Assembly (NCBI GenBank): GCA_900128585.1
Contig: LT642170.1
Coordinates: forward strand, 1-45,819
Direction of reading: 5' to 3'
Source: Stramenopiles sp. TOSAG23-3
Lineage: Eukaryota
Length of the DNA stretch: 45,819 bases
How positions within the stretch are numbered: the first letter of the stretch is position 1; each line of letters begins with the position of its first letter. Positions 21,018 through 32,121 of this stretch are shown piece by piece. Below the pieces are notes generated by a model. That model was given only the letters and a program-made list of their open reading frames with translations. It did no database searches and had not been told where the DNA came from. Made by a program: the position numbers and the translations under genes.

Positions 21018-22724
21018 ATGCGCCTTTGTAGTTTCAGTCTTTGCACAGTCTTGTTGGCCGTTAGTAGCTGTTGCGTTTTCTCGAAAAAAAAGGATCAAAA
21101 CTTTTTGATCATACTAGCAGATGATTTAGGGTATGGAGATTTGTCTTGCTATGGGCACCCCACGAGTATTACGCCCAATTTGGACCAACTGGCGAACGAA
21201 GGCATGAGGTTTACGCAATTTTACTCAGCGTCTCCTGTCTGCTCTCCTTCGCGCTCCTCGATCGTTACGGGGAGACTTCCCGCTCGAAACGGTGTCTACT
21301 GTGCCAATTCTACAAAGCCTTGCGCCAACCCGACAGACGAAGGATGCTGCAACGGAGTCTTTCTGCCTGGGATGCCAGGTGGTCTACCGCAGAGCGAGGT
21401 GTCTTTCGCAACGGCCTTAAAAGAATCAAACGATTGGAATGGAACAACTGGAATGATTGGGAAATGGCACTTAGGAACCGAAGAAAAGTATTTTCCGACG
21501 ACCGGGCATGGGTTCGATTATTATTACGGAGTACCACACGGGCTGGGGGCTTGCCCTTGTCACGCTTGCTTTGCACCGAATCAAACGTGCGGTATAAAGT
21601 GTCAACCAAATTGGGCGCCGTGCCCCGTCTTTGAAAATCGGGACATCGTACAGCAACCTGCAAATTTAATAACGTTGTCGGATGATTACGTACGTGCCGC
21701 AAAACGTTTTATTCAAAGTGCTGTAGAAGATAAGAAACAGCCGTTTTTGCTCTATTTTGCATCGCACCACACTCACTCTCCACAGTTCGCAGGATTTGAT
21801 ACCACAAACACCACAGCACGGGACCGGTTTGGGGACTCTCTTGCAGAGTTGGACCGATCGGTAGGAAGTTTATTAAGTTTTTTGAAGGAATATGAAGTCG
21901 ATTCCAACACGCTCGTTATTTTCACGTCAGACAACGGGCCAAGTTTGAGGAACGAGATAAGGGGGGGAAATGCTGGTCTTTTAAAGTGCGGCAAAGGGAC
22001 AACTTATGAAGGAGGAATGAGGGTTCCGGCCATCTTTCGTTGGCCCGGGGTGATTCAACCCGGTACCGTTCAAAGAAATGTTGCCTCAGCGTTGGACATA
22101 TTTCCTACAATAATCAACATCGCAAACGGAAAGTCTGCCGTGCCTTCGGAAGGTCAGACTGTAGTGAAGAACATTTTTCATTATTCTCACAAAGATTCCT
22201 ATGGTCGAACGGTACGAAAACAAATTGTACTCGATGGGTACGATATGATCGAACTGTTGCGAGAAAACGATTCCCCAAGCGGCCGTACAGGGCCACGGCA
22301 AGGCAAGCTGGTGTATTACCCCCAGTTTGCCATGCAATCTCGAGGATTGTATGCAGTGCGCACCAACCGAACCAAGGTTCATTTCCATACCGAAGGATCG
22401 CTACAGTCTAATCCTGACAACTCGGACGTTGATTGCAGACCAAGCAGCACGTACAGTACACCGGTACCGCCTCATGTTTACGATCTTGGTGTTGATCCTA
22501 GTGAAAATTATCTTCTCGAGCCAAGCACTGAGCCATTTTCCCACGCGATAGAAAATGCCAAGAGGGTAAGAGAGGAGCACTTGAAACATTTGAAATGGTT
22601 TGGATGGCCGATGTTGAACAATGGAACGTTTGATCGAAAGTTGTGGCCGTGTGCAAAACCTGGTTGCAGTCCTTTTCCACAATGTTGCGTAACTGATCCG
22701 GACGAAAACGTATTCTGGTTGTGA
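21018..22724 (+). CDS. Formylglycine-dependent (S1) sulfatase, arylsulfatase A-like, secreted/lysosomal
   Basis: Signal peptide; NFLIILADDLGYGD; CSPSRSSIVTGR (CxPxR); IGKWHLG; HHTHSPQ; FTSDNGP; CGKGTTYEGGMRVP; DPSE; Cys-rich tail CAKPGCSPFPQCC. Confidence 0.95.
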   Translation: MRLCSFSLCTVLLAVSSCCVFSKKKDQNFLIILADDLGYGDLSCYGHPTSITPNLDQLANEGMRFTQFYSASPVCSPSRSSIVTGRLPARNGVYCANSTKPCANPTDEGCCNGVFLPGMPGGLPQSEVSFATALKESNDWNGTTGMIGKWHLGTEEKYFPTTGHGFDYYYGVPHGLGACPCHACFAPNQTCGIKCQPNWAPCPVFENRDIVQQPANLITLSDDYVRAAKRFIQSAVEDKKQPFLLYFASHHTHSPQFAGFDTTNTTARDRFGDSLAELDRSVGSLLSFLKEYEVDSNTLVIFTSDNGPSLRNEIRGGNAGLLKCGKGTTYEGGMRVPAIFRWPGVIQPGTVQRNVASALDIFPTIINIANGKSAVPSEGQTVVKNIFHYSHKDSYGRTVRKQIVLDGYDMIELLRENDSPSGRTGPRQGKLVYYPQFAMQSRGLYAVRTNRTKVHFHTEGSLQSNPDNSDVDCRPSSTYSTPVPPHVYDLGVDPSENYLLEPSTEPFSHAIENAKRVREEHLKHLKWFGWPMLNNGTFDRKLWPCAKPGCSPFPQCCVTDPDENVFWL

Positions 22725-22914
22725 TGATGTGAGAACATGGAGAAACCCAAGAGGGAAAAAGAAAATGCAGGTAGCTAAATAATACAACGCCACAGTGCGT
22801 GCGTGTTACAAAAAAACAATTAGCGGGTAATTTAAATGTGAGAATTACGCGGAACGAAATTTCTTAAGAAAACCTTTTAGATAATTCGATTAACATATCA
22901 TATTTAAAATAATG

Positions 22915-23832
22915 TTAATTTTTAGAAAACCGCCTTGTTGCGCACGTGACGCACACCATTTTCTTCTCCTTGTTCTGTCGCCCGCAAGTTCTGCACCGCC
23001 AAATGTTAGAGTGACGATTTTTTTTGCCTGAGTCGTTGGCAAGGGAAATGGGCGAGGAAACAGGTGCTGTGGCGTCGTTTAATGCCATGGCAGTCTCTAC
23101 CTTGCTCAACGATTCAATCGCATCGTCTGCGGTCATCGTTTGCAAGATTTCCTGGAAACTTGGAAGGCTCATCCCACCTTGCTTTTTCGCCACGTGGGCC
23201 TCTAAATCCCTTCGTTTCTTCGACTCTTTCGCCCAAAAACTCTTCCCGAGGATCGAGTTTTGAAACGACAACTGCATGTTGAAGGCAGGGAACAGCATCG
23301 CCGGAAACTTTAAACAAAACGTTCTGAAATCCGAAAAGGAGATTTCACACGCCCCACTGCCATTGTCAAACATCAGTTTAATCTTTTTATACACATTTTG
23401 CGCCTTGTTGTTCCGTTCCCACCTCTTTCCGTAGAGCTCTTTCAGCATCTGCTTCAACTCGGAGGCATCGATTGCCCCGCTACCATCCTGATCGTACAGT
23501 TCAAACGCAAACCTCATCAGGGCACTCTTGTCAAACGTGCAAAAGTTCCACACGCACAGCACAAACTCTCCAAAATCTATTTCCCCACTGTTGTCCTCGT
23601 CCATGACCGCGAACGCCCGCTTGGCAAACTTGGACTTTTCGAACTCAAAATACCTGCGAAACTCGGTAAAATCAACCTCACCACTTCTGTCCACATCAAT
23701 TTTATCAAACACCTTCCTTAACTTCCCAATCGTCGATTCGGAGATATTCAGCGCGGTAAACATGCTCTCACGTGACTGGTTCGCTGCCTTCACTGATGCC
23801 TGGTTAGTGGCTTTCAAAATGCAACCTCCCAT
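22915..23832 (-). CDS. Calcineurin-B/NCS-like EF-hand protein with a C-terminal RanBP2-type zinc finger
   Basis: EF loops DVDRSGEVDFTE, DEDNSGEIDFGE and DQDGSGAIDASE; FAFELYD; N-terminal MGGC; C-terminal WRCRTCGRQNKEKKMVCVTC. Confidence 0.88.
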   Translation of the reverse strand: MGGCILKATNQASVKAANQSRESMFTALNISESTIGKLRKVFDKIDVDRSGEVDFTEFRRYFEFEKSKFAKRAFAVMDEDNSGEIDFGEFVLCVWNFCTFDKSALMRFAFELYDQDGSGAIDASELKQMLKELYGKRWERNNKAQNVYKKIKLMFDNGSGACEISFSDFRTFCLKFPAMLFPAFNMQLSFQNSILGKSFWAKESKKRRDLEAHVAKKQGGMSLPSFQEILQTMTADDAIESLSKVETAMALNDATAPVSSPISLANDSGKKNRHSNIWRCRTCGRQNKEKKMVCVTCATRRFSKN

Positions 23833-24384
23833 CCCGTTCGTCTCATCGACTATATCAATGCATATGTATTTAATAAAAATTAATCAAAAATACGTTCACC
23901 CGAATATGTTCAAGTTGAACAGTAAACTCGAACTCACCCTTCGTTCGGGAATTTCAAAGAAATTATTTAAAACTATTCATTGATTAAAAGCATTGAATCA
24001 TATACTTATGGTGCCGGCAATGGTTGGTCATTTGTTCTTTTATTCACTTATTTATTCCACTTCTTATTCTATATTTATATATTAATTTTTGGTGGTCCTG
24101 TTTCCCTGTTATTTCCTTCCGTAATAATTAGTTTTGTTTTGTAATTTTTTCCACATTTTTTGATGATGACGACGACGCGACCGCCGATGCGATGATCGAT
24201 GACGATCAAGCTTGCTTGAGATTTTATATAAACTCCTGGTCGTATTATTATTTAATACATACAGTGTAAAGTTCGCACAACTTGCGAAAGCATTGGTTGA
24301 GCATAAGATTGAAAAATATTATGAAATGGACGTTGGACTGATTTCTTTTTTGCGTACGGAAGAAAGGGCAAGGAACGAAAGAAG

Positions 24385-26469
24385 ATGTTGGTTTTTCTGT
24401 TTTTCCGTCTGTTGGCTATTCCAGTGGGTGTGAAAAGCGCATTGGAGAGCGGCCAGTTCGTTCCATTAGTGGAAGAGGCAGGGTTTCTTGCATGTCCACA
24501 ATCTTTAAAGACTCTAGATGGACTCGGCCATTGTGTAAATATTGCCCCACTTGCGGCCGTTCAGGCTGCATCAAACTCCGGTGGTGCGGACCTTTTCGCT
24601 CGTTGTATCGCGCAAATGAGAGCCCCCCAGGGTGGGACGTACACCTACCAATTTCCCTTTTTGCGCTGGGATGCGGACTCGGACGTTCCCATTTTTGAAA
24701 AGCCCATTATGCTGACCCCGGCAACGTTCAAGGGCTATCCAGTCCACCCAGAATCCATTTGGAAGTCGCCCAGCGATGGTTCTGTACGGGGGTTGACGGT
24801 TGCCCCGGGACTTGTTCATTTGCTAACCCTCACAGACGACCATAAATGGCTTGTGGAGAAATCGATACAATTTTCCCACCCAGGATTTTCCAAAGCGTCG
24901 TTGGTGATCGAAGGCGTCGACGAGCAATTGACCATTTACTCAGTCGTTCAAACTGGCAACAGCTCACGGGCCCTCAACTTATTTCCATATAACCAAAATT
25001 GGAGGGCAAAAGGCTACGAGCCATTCTCTGGCAGCGGCATTTACCGCGGTCAGGTTCCACTTTTCGGTGTTTGGGCCATTTCAATGTACAAGAACGCCAG
25101 CTTCGGCACCAACCGAGTCTTGACTCCAGCGGGTTGGACGGGGGGAATTCTAGGGCTAAGCGTCGGACATTTGGAGAATAAAGACGGGAGCAGAACGCTT
25201 GTTGGAGGCACTCGAAACGGACTGATTTTCACCATCCCAGATACACCGGGCGCCCAGCCGACTGCAGCCGTGGATGTCACGACGAACGCCTTGTTTGTGT
25301 CGAAAATTATTGCCGCCAAACCACTTGGTTACCCAGGAAAACTGGGCACAGAGGGCTTGATCGTTGGGGGAGAAAATGGGCTCCATTACACAAACATTAG
25401 ATCGACCTTGGCGAACGGCCGCCTTGAGCTTCAATACGCAGGAAAGGTCCTCGAAAAAGGCGCTGTCCTTGTGACCGGACAGACGCCAACGGTGAGCGTG
25501 GCAGATTGGGACGGCGATGGGTTGGAAGATCTGATTGCTGGGTCATCGGAGGGGCGTATATATTTTTCCAAGCGCTCCAAACTCGGAGGGTTCCATCGTC
25601 CCGTTCCTCTGGCGACTGGCGCAGAAGAGGTGTTTAGTGCTGAAATTGTTGTCCAAGGGGGGTACCGCACGGACATACAAGGGCCACGCGAGAACAGGTG
25701 GGGTTACACCGCCCCCTACGCTGTCGACTGGAACGGCGATGGGCTCATGGACATCCTGTCCAGTGACAACTCCGCGCAGGTGCTGGTGTATATGAGGTTT
25801 CAAGCAGGAAACGGGCAAGTCCGACTTCGCCAAGGAGTTCCGTTGAAGCTGGACGGGCTTCCCCTGCACGGAACATGGCGTAATGGCCCAGCGGCCGCAA
25901 ACTTCAACGGTGCTATGGCAGTGGTCACCTCTGATGAGCAGGACGAGGCACATTTGTACATTAGGGTTGATGATTTTAACGTGGAAGACGGCGGGAAGCT
26001 GCTGGTTCGAAACCCCAAAACGAACCAACTCCAACCCATTGGCCCCGTGAATTACTTGTTGGCAGGTGCAACTGGGCGATTGAAGTATTCCTTGGTTGAC
26101 TTCAACAACGACGGCAAGCTTGATCTGCTCCTGGGAACGAATGGTTACCACAGCATCCCCTCCCCAGACCACGGTTTGCCCGCGTGCACCAATGGAACGT
26201 GCCATGATAACGGTGCCACCGCCCTCGTGCTTTTTCAAAGCAAGCAAGGGACGGCCGACATCAGTAGGCGGCAGCTAATCTTCGAGTGGCCCCAATGGAT
26301 CACAACGCAAGGGTTTCGCGTCTCGTACGGCGGGCAAGAGCTGGGCATTGCACCGTTGAAAGATAAAGACGGAAACATTGGTCTGATATTTGCAACTCCA
26401 GGTGGCCGGCATGTCTTTTGGGAGGCAAAAGATTTAAATGTATCGTCCACAGAACCACCTTTGAATTAA
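24385..26469 (+). CDS. Secreted FG-GAP/VCBS-repeat beta-propeller protein
   Basis: Hydrophobic leader; repeats PTVSVADWDGDGLEDLIAG, PYAVDWNGDGLMDIL and LVDFNNDGKLDLLLG. Confidence 0.85.
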   Translation: MLVFLFFRLLAIPVGVKSALESGQFVPLVEEAGFLACPQSLKTLDGLGHCVNIAPLAAVQAASNSGGADLFARCIAQMRAPQGGTYTYQFPFLRWDADSDVPIFEKPIMLTPATFKGYPVHPESIWKSPSDGSVRGLTVAPGLVHLLTLTDDHKWLVEKSIQFSHPGFSKASLVIEGVDEQLTIYSVVQTGNSSRALNLFPYNQNWRAKGYEPFSGSGIYRGQVPLFGVWAISMYKNASFGTNRVLTPAGWTGGILGLSVGHLENKDGSRTLVGGTRNGLIFTIPDTPGAQPTAAVDVTTNALFVSKIIAAKPLGYPGKLGTEGLIVGGENGLHYTNIRSTLANGRLELQYAGKVLEKGAVLVTGQTPTVSVADWDGDGLEDLIAGSSEGRIYFSKRSKLGGFHRPVPLATGAEEVFSAEIVVQGGYRTDIQGPRENRWGYTAPYAVDWNGDGLMDILSSDNSAQVLVYMRFQAGNGQVRLRQGVPLKLDGLPLHGTWRNGPAAANFNGAMAVVTSDEQDEAHLYIRVDDFNVEDGGKLLVRNPKTNQLQPIGPVNYLLAGATGRLKYSLVDFNNDGKLDLLLGTNGYHSIPSPDHGLPACTNGTCHDNGATALVLFQSKQGTADISRRQLIFEWPQWITTQGFRVSYGGQELGIAPLKDKDGNIGLIFATPGGRHVFWEAKDLNVSSTEPPLN

Positions 26470-27222
26470 GATAAAGAGAGAAAAATAATAACATCACACA
26501 ATTTTTATATTGAAGTATAAGCTCTGTATAGTATTATTATTAATTAGGTAAAGGAACCCAACTGCAGGGTTAGTTACCCCCCGTACAGGTATAATACCAG
26601 GTACCGGTACCTGTACCAATTCTCGGTATGTGTGTTCGAAGTTCGAAATAATTTAAAAAGTATATTTAATAAAATATTGCAACTATTAATTAATACTATT
26701 ATACTCGTACTCCTCTGATGATAAATAAATATTTTACATGTAATACTCGTACATGTAATCCAAGAAGTGATTGTTGTCGCATTTTAAAATTATTTTGGAA
26801 ACCAACCCTTTTATTCATTTTGTATTCTAATGTGTTTTGATAGGGATATTTATAAAATGCGACATGAATGAATCATCACACTTGGAATCTTGGAATATAT
26901 AATAACAATTATTATTTTATTCGTTTAAAAAAAAAAGAGATGATAATTTAATGGTTTATAATATTCTATTTCCAAAAAGTAACAAGATTTTATATTATAA
27001 TGTACTGATTGCCTTTTTATTATGAGAATTTTTTTACAAAGCATCTAAGATATTTAATGTTCCCACTTCCTATTGTTTCTGTTTGAACAGCGAACGTCTG
27101 GTTTCCTTCCTTCCTTCACTAGATTTTCGTCATTTTCTTTACACCGGGAGAAACAGGCACATTTCGCTTAGTCCTCTAGGACGGCCATCACAATTCAGTC
27201 CAGCCATCACTGTGGGGTCATT

Positions 27223-30200
27223 ATGGTGCCGACAAAGTTTGGGATTAAATGCCTTCTTCGATTCGTTCAAAGTTTGCTGGTTTTCGGTGCGCTGGCGAAC
27301 GCTCAGTTTAATATACAGAATTCTGGGTTGAATGAGCGCGGGTGCGGACATGTTGGGCAGACAACCCCAAAAGTTTGCACTGTTTCTCAGGCGATGCAGT
27401 CCAATGGGGTCAACTTTAATGGGTTAGTTGTTGCATTTGCAGCACGACCGCAAAGCAACGGAGTTAACTTTAAAGTCCACAACGTAAAGTTTGGCGACGA
27501 TTACATGGAGAAAGCGGCAGGTTTAGATTACGACGGAATGTTTCCGACAGATACTACCCCGAAAACCAATGGTTGGATGAGTGTGTACTATATTGGCGGC
27601 AATCATTTGGAAGGTGTGACACGCGATATTTCGTACACGCTGACGCCCGATGCCAACAAGGAAATAGGCAAGGTCGTATGGTCTCGTATTCTTGTAAGAG
27701 GAGCAAAGGGAATTGTACCCTTGAAACTGTTCCAAGGTGGGGGTGTTCCCGGAACACAATCGAAAACCATTACAAACACGTTGTACGATACTTATGGTAA
27801 AAGCGTGAATGCCCAATGGTTTGGTTTTATGTTTTTTCGGAAAGAAGCGCAAGCCGACTGCGGCACATGCTTTAACGTCCCGGGCGGTTCTAAAAACACT
27901 GAAATAAAAGCAAAAAGCAACCTGGGTTTTGGAACCTCAAAAGTAACGAGCGGAGAGACCGACGGAGAGGTCACATTTACTTGGGAGCACACATTCGACA
28001 ATTCCCCGTACGGTCACGCAGTTTTTGCGGTGTACCGAGACAAATCGCCTTGCGAAAATCCAAATTTTAGTTGTGGTGCTAATGGGGCCTGCAAAAACAC
28101 TTTTTACAACGACTGCCTATGTAAGAACGGGTACAAAGGGCCATTCTGCCAATACGGTCCACAGCAAATGTACATCCATGACAATGCGTTCCGCAAACGG
28201 CGTTACATCGAATCGCCCGATGCCAACACTAATGCGATACAGATAAAGCACAGCATGCCCCCTCGAAAATACAGTTACCCGTGCACGTTTCTGGAAGACA
28301 TTGAGCTGTTGGGGGAAAACTTCGTCGGTGGGTTCCTGAACATTGTCAACACTACAGGAGAGTGCTGCCAGCTCTGTCAGTCTTACAAGGATTGCAAAGC
28401 GTGGAAATTCGACAAATCCGACGCCAGTGTGGCCACCAGGGGACAGTGCTGGCTTCAAAAAACCGTCGGGGCCCGACGGGAATCGCCGGCCAGCGGCACA
28501 GGTCAACGGTGGGACAGTGGGATTCGCTACGATGCAGAACGCGATTACAATTTCGTATGGCAGTACAAAGGGCAGTGCGATCCTGCCGGGACCAATAACG
28601 ACGATTGGGCGTACCCAGTTACGACGGGCACTGCATCATCGTTCAAGGTTCCCGCTAGGCACAGCATAATTGAAGGCACCGGCAGAAGCAAGGGCATGAA
28701 GTCATGTTATGATCAGTGCAAAACCCAGTTTGACACCGGTGCTAGCCCCTTCGATGAGAATTTCAACGATGGGTACCAGGGAGGAATAAATGTACAGTTC
28801 ACCAACTCTCAATGCTATTGCATGAAACAAAAGTCTTGCCCATCCCCTAGTACTCCTGGTTACAGAACCTTTTCGTACAGAGAGAAAATTGCCCCAGCAA
28901 AAGCTCTTTATGTAGCGACATGCACTAGAAATTCTCACACAGATGGCAACCAAGCTAAAGTTGACCGTGTATACGTCAATGGGCCTGGGATCACCATTAA
29001 CGGGGACCAAGACTACTACAATGGCCTACGAATGACAGAAGTCAAGAACGAGCTCGTTAGTGACAGTTCTACTACTTACGATGTGACCGAACATTTCACT
29101 CAAATGGTCCCGTCACCGTCAGCCGTGAACGTGCCGTCACCAAGTGAAATCACGAGCACTTCACCGTCTCCTAGTGGAAACGAAACGGTCTCGGTCAGCA
29201 CAACGTCGTACGTTCAGGTAAGCTACGAAACTTCTGTCCAGATTTCGGTCCCAACACCAAGCCAAAGAGAAGTCCCGACAAAGTATACAAACTACAGCAG
29301 GCGTTTACAAATATTTAAATTGGTTGGTGGGCTAGGAGCTTCATACAACTCCGGCAACAGCAGGCTGGAAGGAAACCCAAGCGAGACGGAAGACTACTTT
29401 GTAAACATTCACCTAAACAGTGTTGGGCAAAACGCTGGAGGCGTAGCAGTGATGACGTTCAGTGCGGAAGACTTGAAAGGGACGAATGATCTGGATAGTA
29501 CTAAAGTGTTTGGAAATGTTGCGGCTACCGCCACAAAGTCCACGCTGAACGAGACGGATGCAAACAAGTTTAAAAAAGGAGGACTTGCGGTGGACTTTGC
29601 GTGCTTTAATGCCTTTAACTCTGCAAACGGTGGATTCATGTACCATGATTCTACTCAGCAAAATGTAGTCACAGACCACGACACACAGTTGAAAGGTCGA
29701 ATGGACGTGGGGTTTGCCAGTAGCGTTCGCGAGGTTTCAGCAGGCGGGCAATCGTTAGGTTTTCATTGGAGCCGTGGTTCAGACAACTCCGACGCGGGCG
29801 CGTTTCATCATACTATGGTCCACTTGGTCGATGAGTTGACAAAGACCCCAAACGGTGCCCCAACACTAACCCTTGACAGTAGTGGCACCACCGCTACGGT
29901 TGACAGCATGAAAGCCAACTTGACGCTGTCCATAAGCAATACGGGCGTCACGAACGACTATCCTTCCGAGACCGACATTGGACTTGACATTCCCATCCAG
30001 TACCTTGGTCCATATTTTGGAGGAGAGCCACACAATAAAATCATAGGGTTCATCATGGAATACAAAGAGACGGGTGCGTCCAACAAATTTATTCTGCATA
30101 ATTATGTATCTATGGTAAACCCCGAAGAAGGGGGTTCAACAGATGTCCCCAAAGATACCTTTGACATCTTGCCCACTTCGTATTTTTTCGGACACTTGAA

Positions 30201-32121
30201 AGCAGGGACACAATACTCCTTTCGAATGGCGTATGAGAGCACGCAAGGCTTTGGCGACTACAGCCAAACGTTCGACGCCACCACGCCCACCCAGAGCACG
30301 AAGCAAAATTTAGCAAACTTTGCTGTGAGTAGAACGGGTGCGAAAGAGTGCACAATCTCATGGGACGCGCCCTCAGGGACCAATAGGCACGGTTTTAAAT
30401 ACTACTATTTTCAGCAAAAGGAGTACAATTCATTGTACGAGGGACGCGTGTACGGGTACGACGAAACCGCAAACATCTATTCTATAGTGCAGAACAAGTC
30501 TACTATTGCTTCCCCGTACAAACTGGAGAATTTGAATGCAAAAAGCACCTATGACTTCTCACTGGCGTACGTCAACGATGCGGGTGTGGGTGGAGTATCC
30601 GAGGGCCGTTGCGCCCCGCACAGCGTAGTCGCCGCAAGTTCATCGACATTCGAAGACAGGACAACGCTATCGTTTTACACCCCCTATGTAAACAGCGGAG
30701 CGAACGTGGTTTCTACAAACTTTGCCCTCCGGAAACGCCTCATTAGCCCCACGGTGTTTTCCGTATCGCTTAATGTGGAGAGCCCTATGGCCTCTTCGCT
30801 CAACAACGGGTCACTAGGAGGGCAGTACCGCCTTGTTGTTGACGGGCAGTACAGCAATTGCATCAATTGGGACGATTCAGGGGCTGGGGTAGAATCAGCG
30901 ATAGAAGCAATACCCAGCGTGAAGAAGGTTCGAGTTACAAGAAACGACCTTTCCTCCAGATCCAGAGTCTGGAAAGTTACATTCTTAGACAAGGTCGACG
31001 GCACCAGGAAAGTAGAGCCCGATTTTCAATATCAACCAAACGAAAGGCTGGCACGGGCTGTAGTGATCGGAAACGGTACAAACCGAACTTATCATTTTTG
31101 GAGACTCACCAACACCTCCGACCCCGCGCCAGTTCTGTTCTATTTTCACAGCCCGGACGGTGGGATTAATGAGTGCAGAAACGATGGGTGGGTTCAACTC
31201 GCCGCGTCTAGTGGGGCTCACGCCGTCTGCCTCGAGACCACTTCTGCTAGCGAATCCCAATATTTCGAGTGGAAAACTTTTCGTGTGAACTACAAGCTGT
31301 CAAAGCAGAATGCGTGGAAGATCCCACATATTTTGACGGGCGAATCAAACAGGCCATCTACTTTAACTGGAAACTTTGAATCCGGTGCAGGAAACAAGTG
31401 CGATATGAATTTGGCCTCTGCTGCAGACTTATCGTATGTCAACGAAACTTGGTACGATATTTTCAAGATACCGGGCGTCCAAATTGATACAAGCAAAGCC
31501 TACTTGTTGGGAAAAAAAGATGGTGCTGACATGGCCATGTATGTAAGTCAGTGCATGCAATCCACGTTTCAGGCGGTCGGTACCCTCTTCAATGGACTCA
31601 ATAGAGTCTCGATTTACGACGACAAGTGGACATGCCACCCCTACAGCAGCACCGAAAACTCCGCTTCTAACTTCTGCGTCGATGGCGAGCAAAGTCACAA
31701 AAACGGACACTTGGGATGCTGGAACGAAAACCCTGACTATCCTGTTGTATTTGGGTATGGCGCCGACAACGCGCTCCGGGTTGTCAAGGGATCCTCAGGG
31801 GCCATGACGGTGGAAACCTGCCGCACAGAATGCAGTGAATACCTTTATTTTGGAATTAAGAACGGAACGCAGTGCTTTTGTGACAATCGCTACGACACGT
31901 TCGGCCGCGCTGCAGGAGAGTTCAAGTGCTCGATTCCGTGCACGGGCGATGCCAGCACAATGTGCGGTGGGAGAGATGGCGATAGAAGAGAATACGTATC
32001 TGTCTTCACAACTGCGCAACCAGCTCTCCAGCCAAATAAATTGCGAGACTTTTATTATCCTGTTCCTATCGTAAAGAATGATAATCAACATATTGTGATT
32101 GATGACTTTATTTTATACTAA
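27223..32121 (+). CDS. 1632-aa secreted multidomain protein (EGF-like, PAN/Apple, PSPS linker, FN3-like, WSC)
   Basis: Signal peptide; EGF CGANGAC..CLCKNGYKGPFCQ; PAN ECCQLCQSYKDCKAWKF..CWLQ; PSPS repeats; FN3 HLKAGTQYSFRMAY and NLNAKSTYDFSLAYVN; WSC LGCWNE..MTVETCRTEC..YFGIKNGTQCFC..CSIPCTGDASTMCGG. Confidence 0.87.
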   Translation: MVPTKFGIKCLLRFVQSLLVFGALANAQFNIQNSGLNERGCGHVGQTTPKVCTVSQAMQSNGVNFNGLVVAFAARPQSNGVNFKVHNVKFGDDYMEKAAGLDYDGMFPTDTTPKTNGWMSVYYIGGNHLEGVTRDISYTLTPDANKEIGKVVWSRILVRGAKGIVPLKLFQGGGVPGTQSKTITNTLYDTYGKSVNAQWFGFMFFRKEAQADCGTCFNVPGGSKNTEIKAKSNLGFGTSKVTSGETDGEVTFTWEHTFDNSPYGHAVFAVYRDKSPCENPNFSCGANGACKNTFYNDCLCKNGYKGPFCQYGPQQMYIHDNAFRKRRYIESPDANTNAIQIKHSMPPRKYSYPCTFLEDIELLGENFVGGFLNIVNTTGECCQLCQSYKDCKAWKFDKSDASVATRGQCWLQKTVGARRESPASGTGQRWDSGIRYDAERDYNFVWQYKGQCDPAGTNNDDWAYPVTTGTASSFKVPARHSIIEGTGRSKGMKSCYDQCKTQFDTGASPFDENFNDGYQGGINVQFTNSQCYCMKQKSCPSPSTPGYRTFSYREKIAPAKALYVATCTRNSHTDGNQAKVDRVYVNGPGITINGDQDYYNGLRMTEVKNELVSDSSTTYDVTEHFTQMVPSPSAVNVPSPSEITSTSPSPSGNETVSVSTTSYVQVSYETSVQISVPTPSQREVPTKYTNYSRRLQIFKLVGGLGASYNSGNSRLEGNPSETEDYFVNIHLNSVGQNAGGVAVMTFSAEDLKGTNDLDSTKVFGNVAATATKSTLNETDANKFKKGGLAVDFACFNAFNSANGGFMYHDSTQQNVVTDHDTQLKGRMDVGFASSVREVSAGGQSLGFHWSRGSDNSDAGAFHHTMVHLVDELTKTPNGAPTLTLDSSGTTATVDSMKANLTLSISNTGVTNDYPSETDIGLDIPIQYLGPYFGGEPHNKIIGFIMEYKETGASNKFILHNYVSMVNPEEGGSTDVPKDTFDILPTSYFFGHLKAGTQYSFRMAYESTQGFGDYSQTFDATTPTQSTKQNLANFAVSRTGAKECTISWDAPSGTNRHGFKYYYFQQKEYNSLYEGRVYGYDETANIYSIVQNKSTIASPYKLENLNAKSTYDFSLAYVNDAGVGGVSEGRCAPHSVVAASSSTFEDRTTLSFYTPYVNSGANVVSTNFALRKRLISPTVFSVSLNVESPMASSLNNGSLGGQYRLVVDGQYSNCINWDDSGAGVESAIEAIPSVKKVRVTRNDLSSRSRVWKVTFLDKVDGTRKVEPDFQYQPNERLARAVVIGNGTNRTYHFWRLTNTSDPAPVLFYFHSPDGGINECRNDGWVQLAASSGAHAVCLETTSASESQYFEWKTFRVNYKLSKQNAWKIPHILTGESNRPSTLTGNFESGAGNKCDMNLASAADLSYVNETWYDIFKIPGVQIDTSKAYLLGKKDGADMAMYVSQCMQSTFQAVGTLFNGLNRVSIYDDKWTCHPYSSTENSASNFCVDGEQSHKNGHLGCWNENPDYPVVFGYGADNALRVVKGSSGAMTVETCRTECSEYLYFGIKNGTQCFCDNRYDTFGRAAGEFKCSIPCTGDASTMCGGRDGDRREYVSVFTTAQPALQPNKLRDFYYPVPIVKNDNQHIVIDDFILY

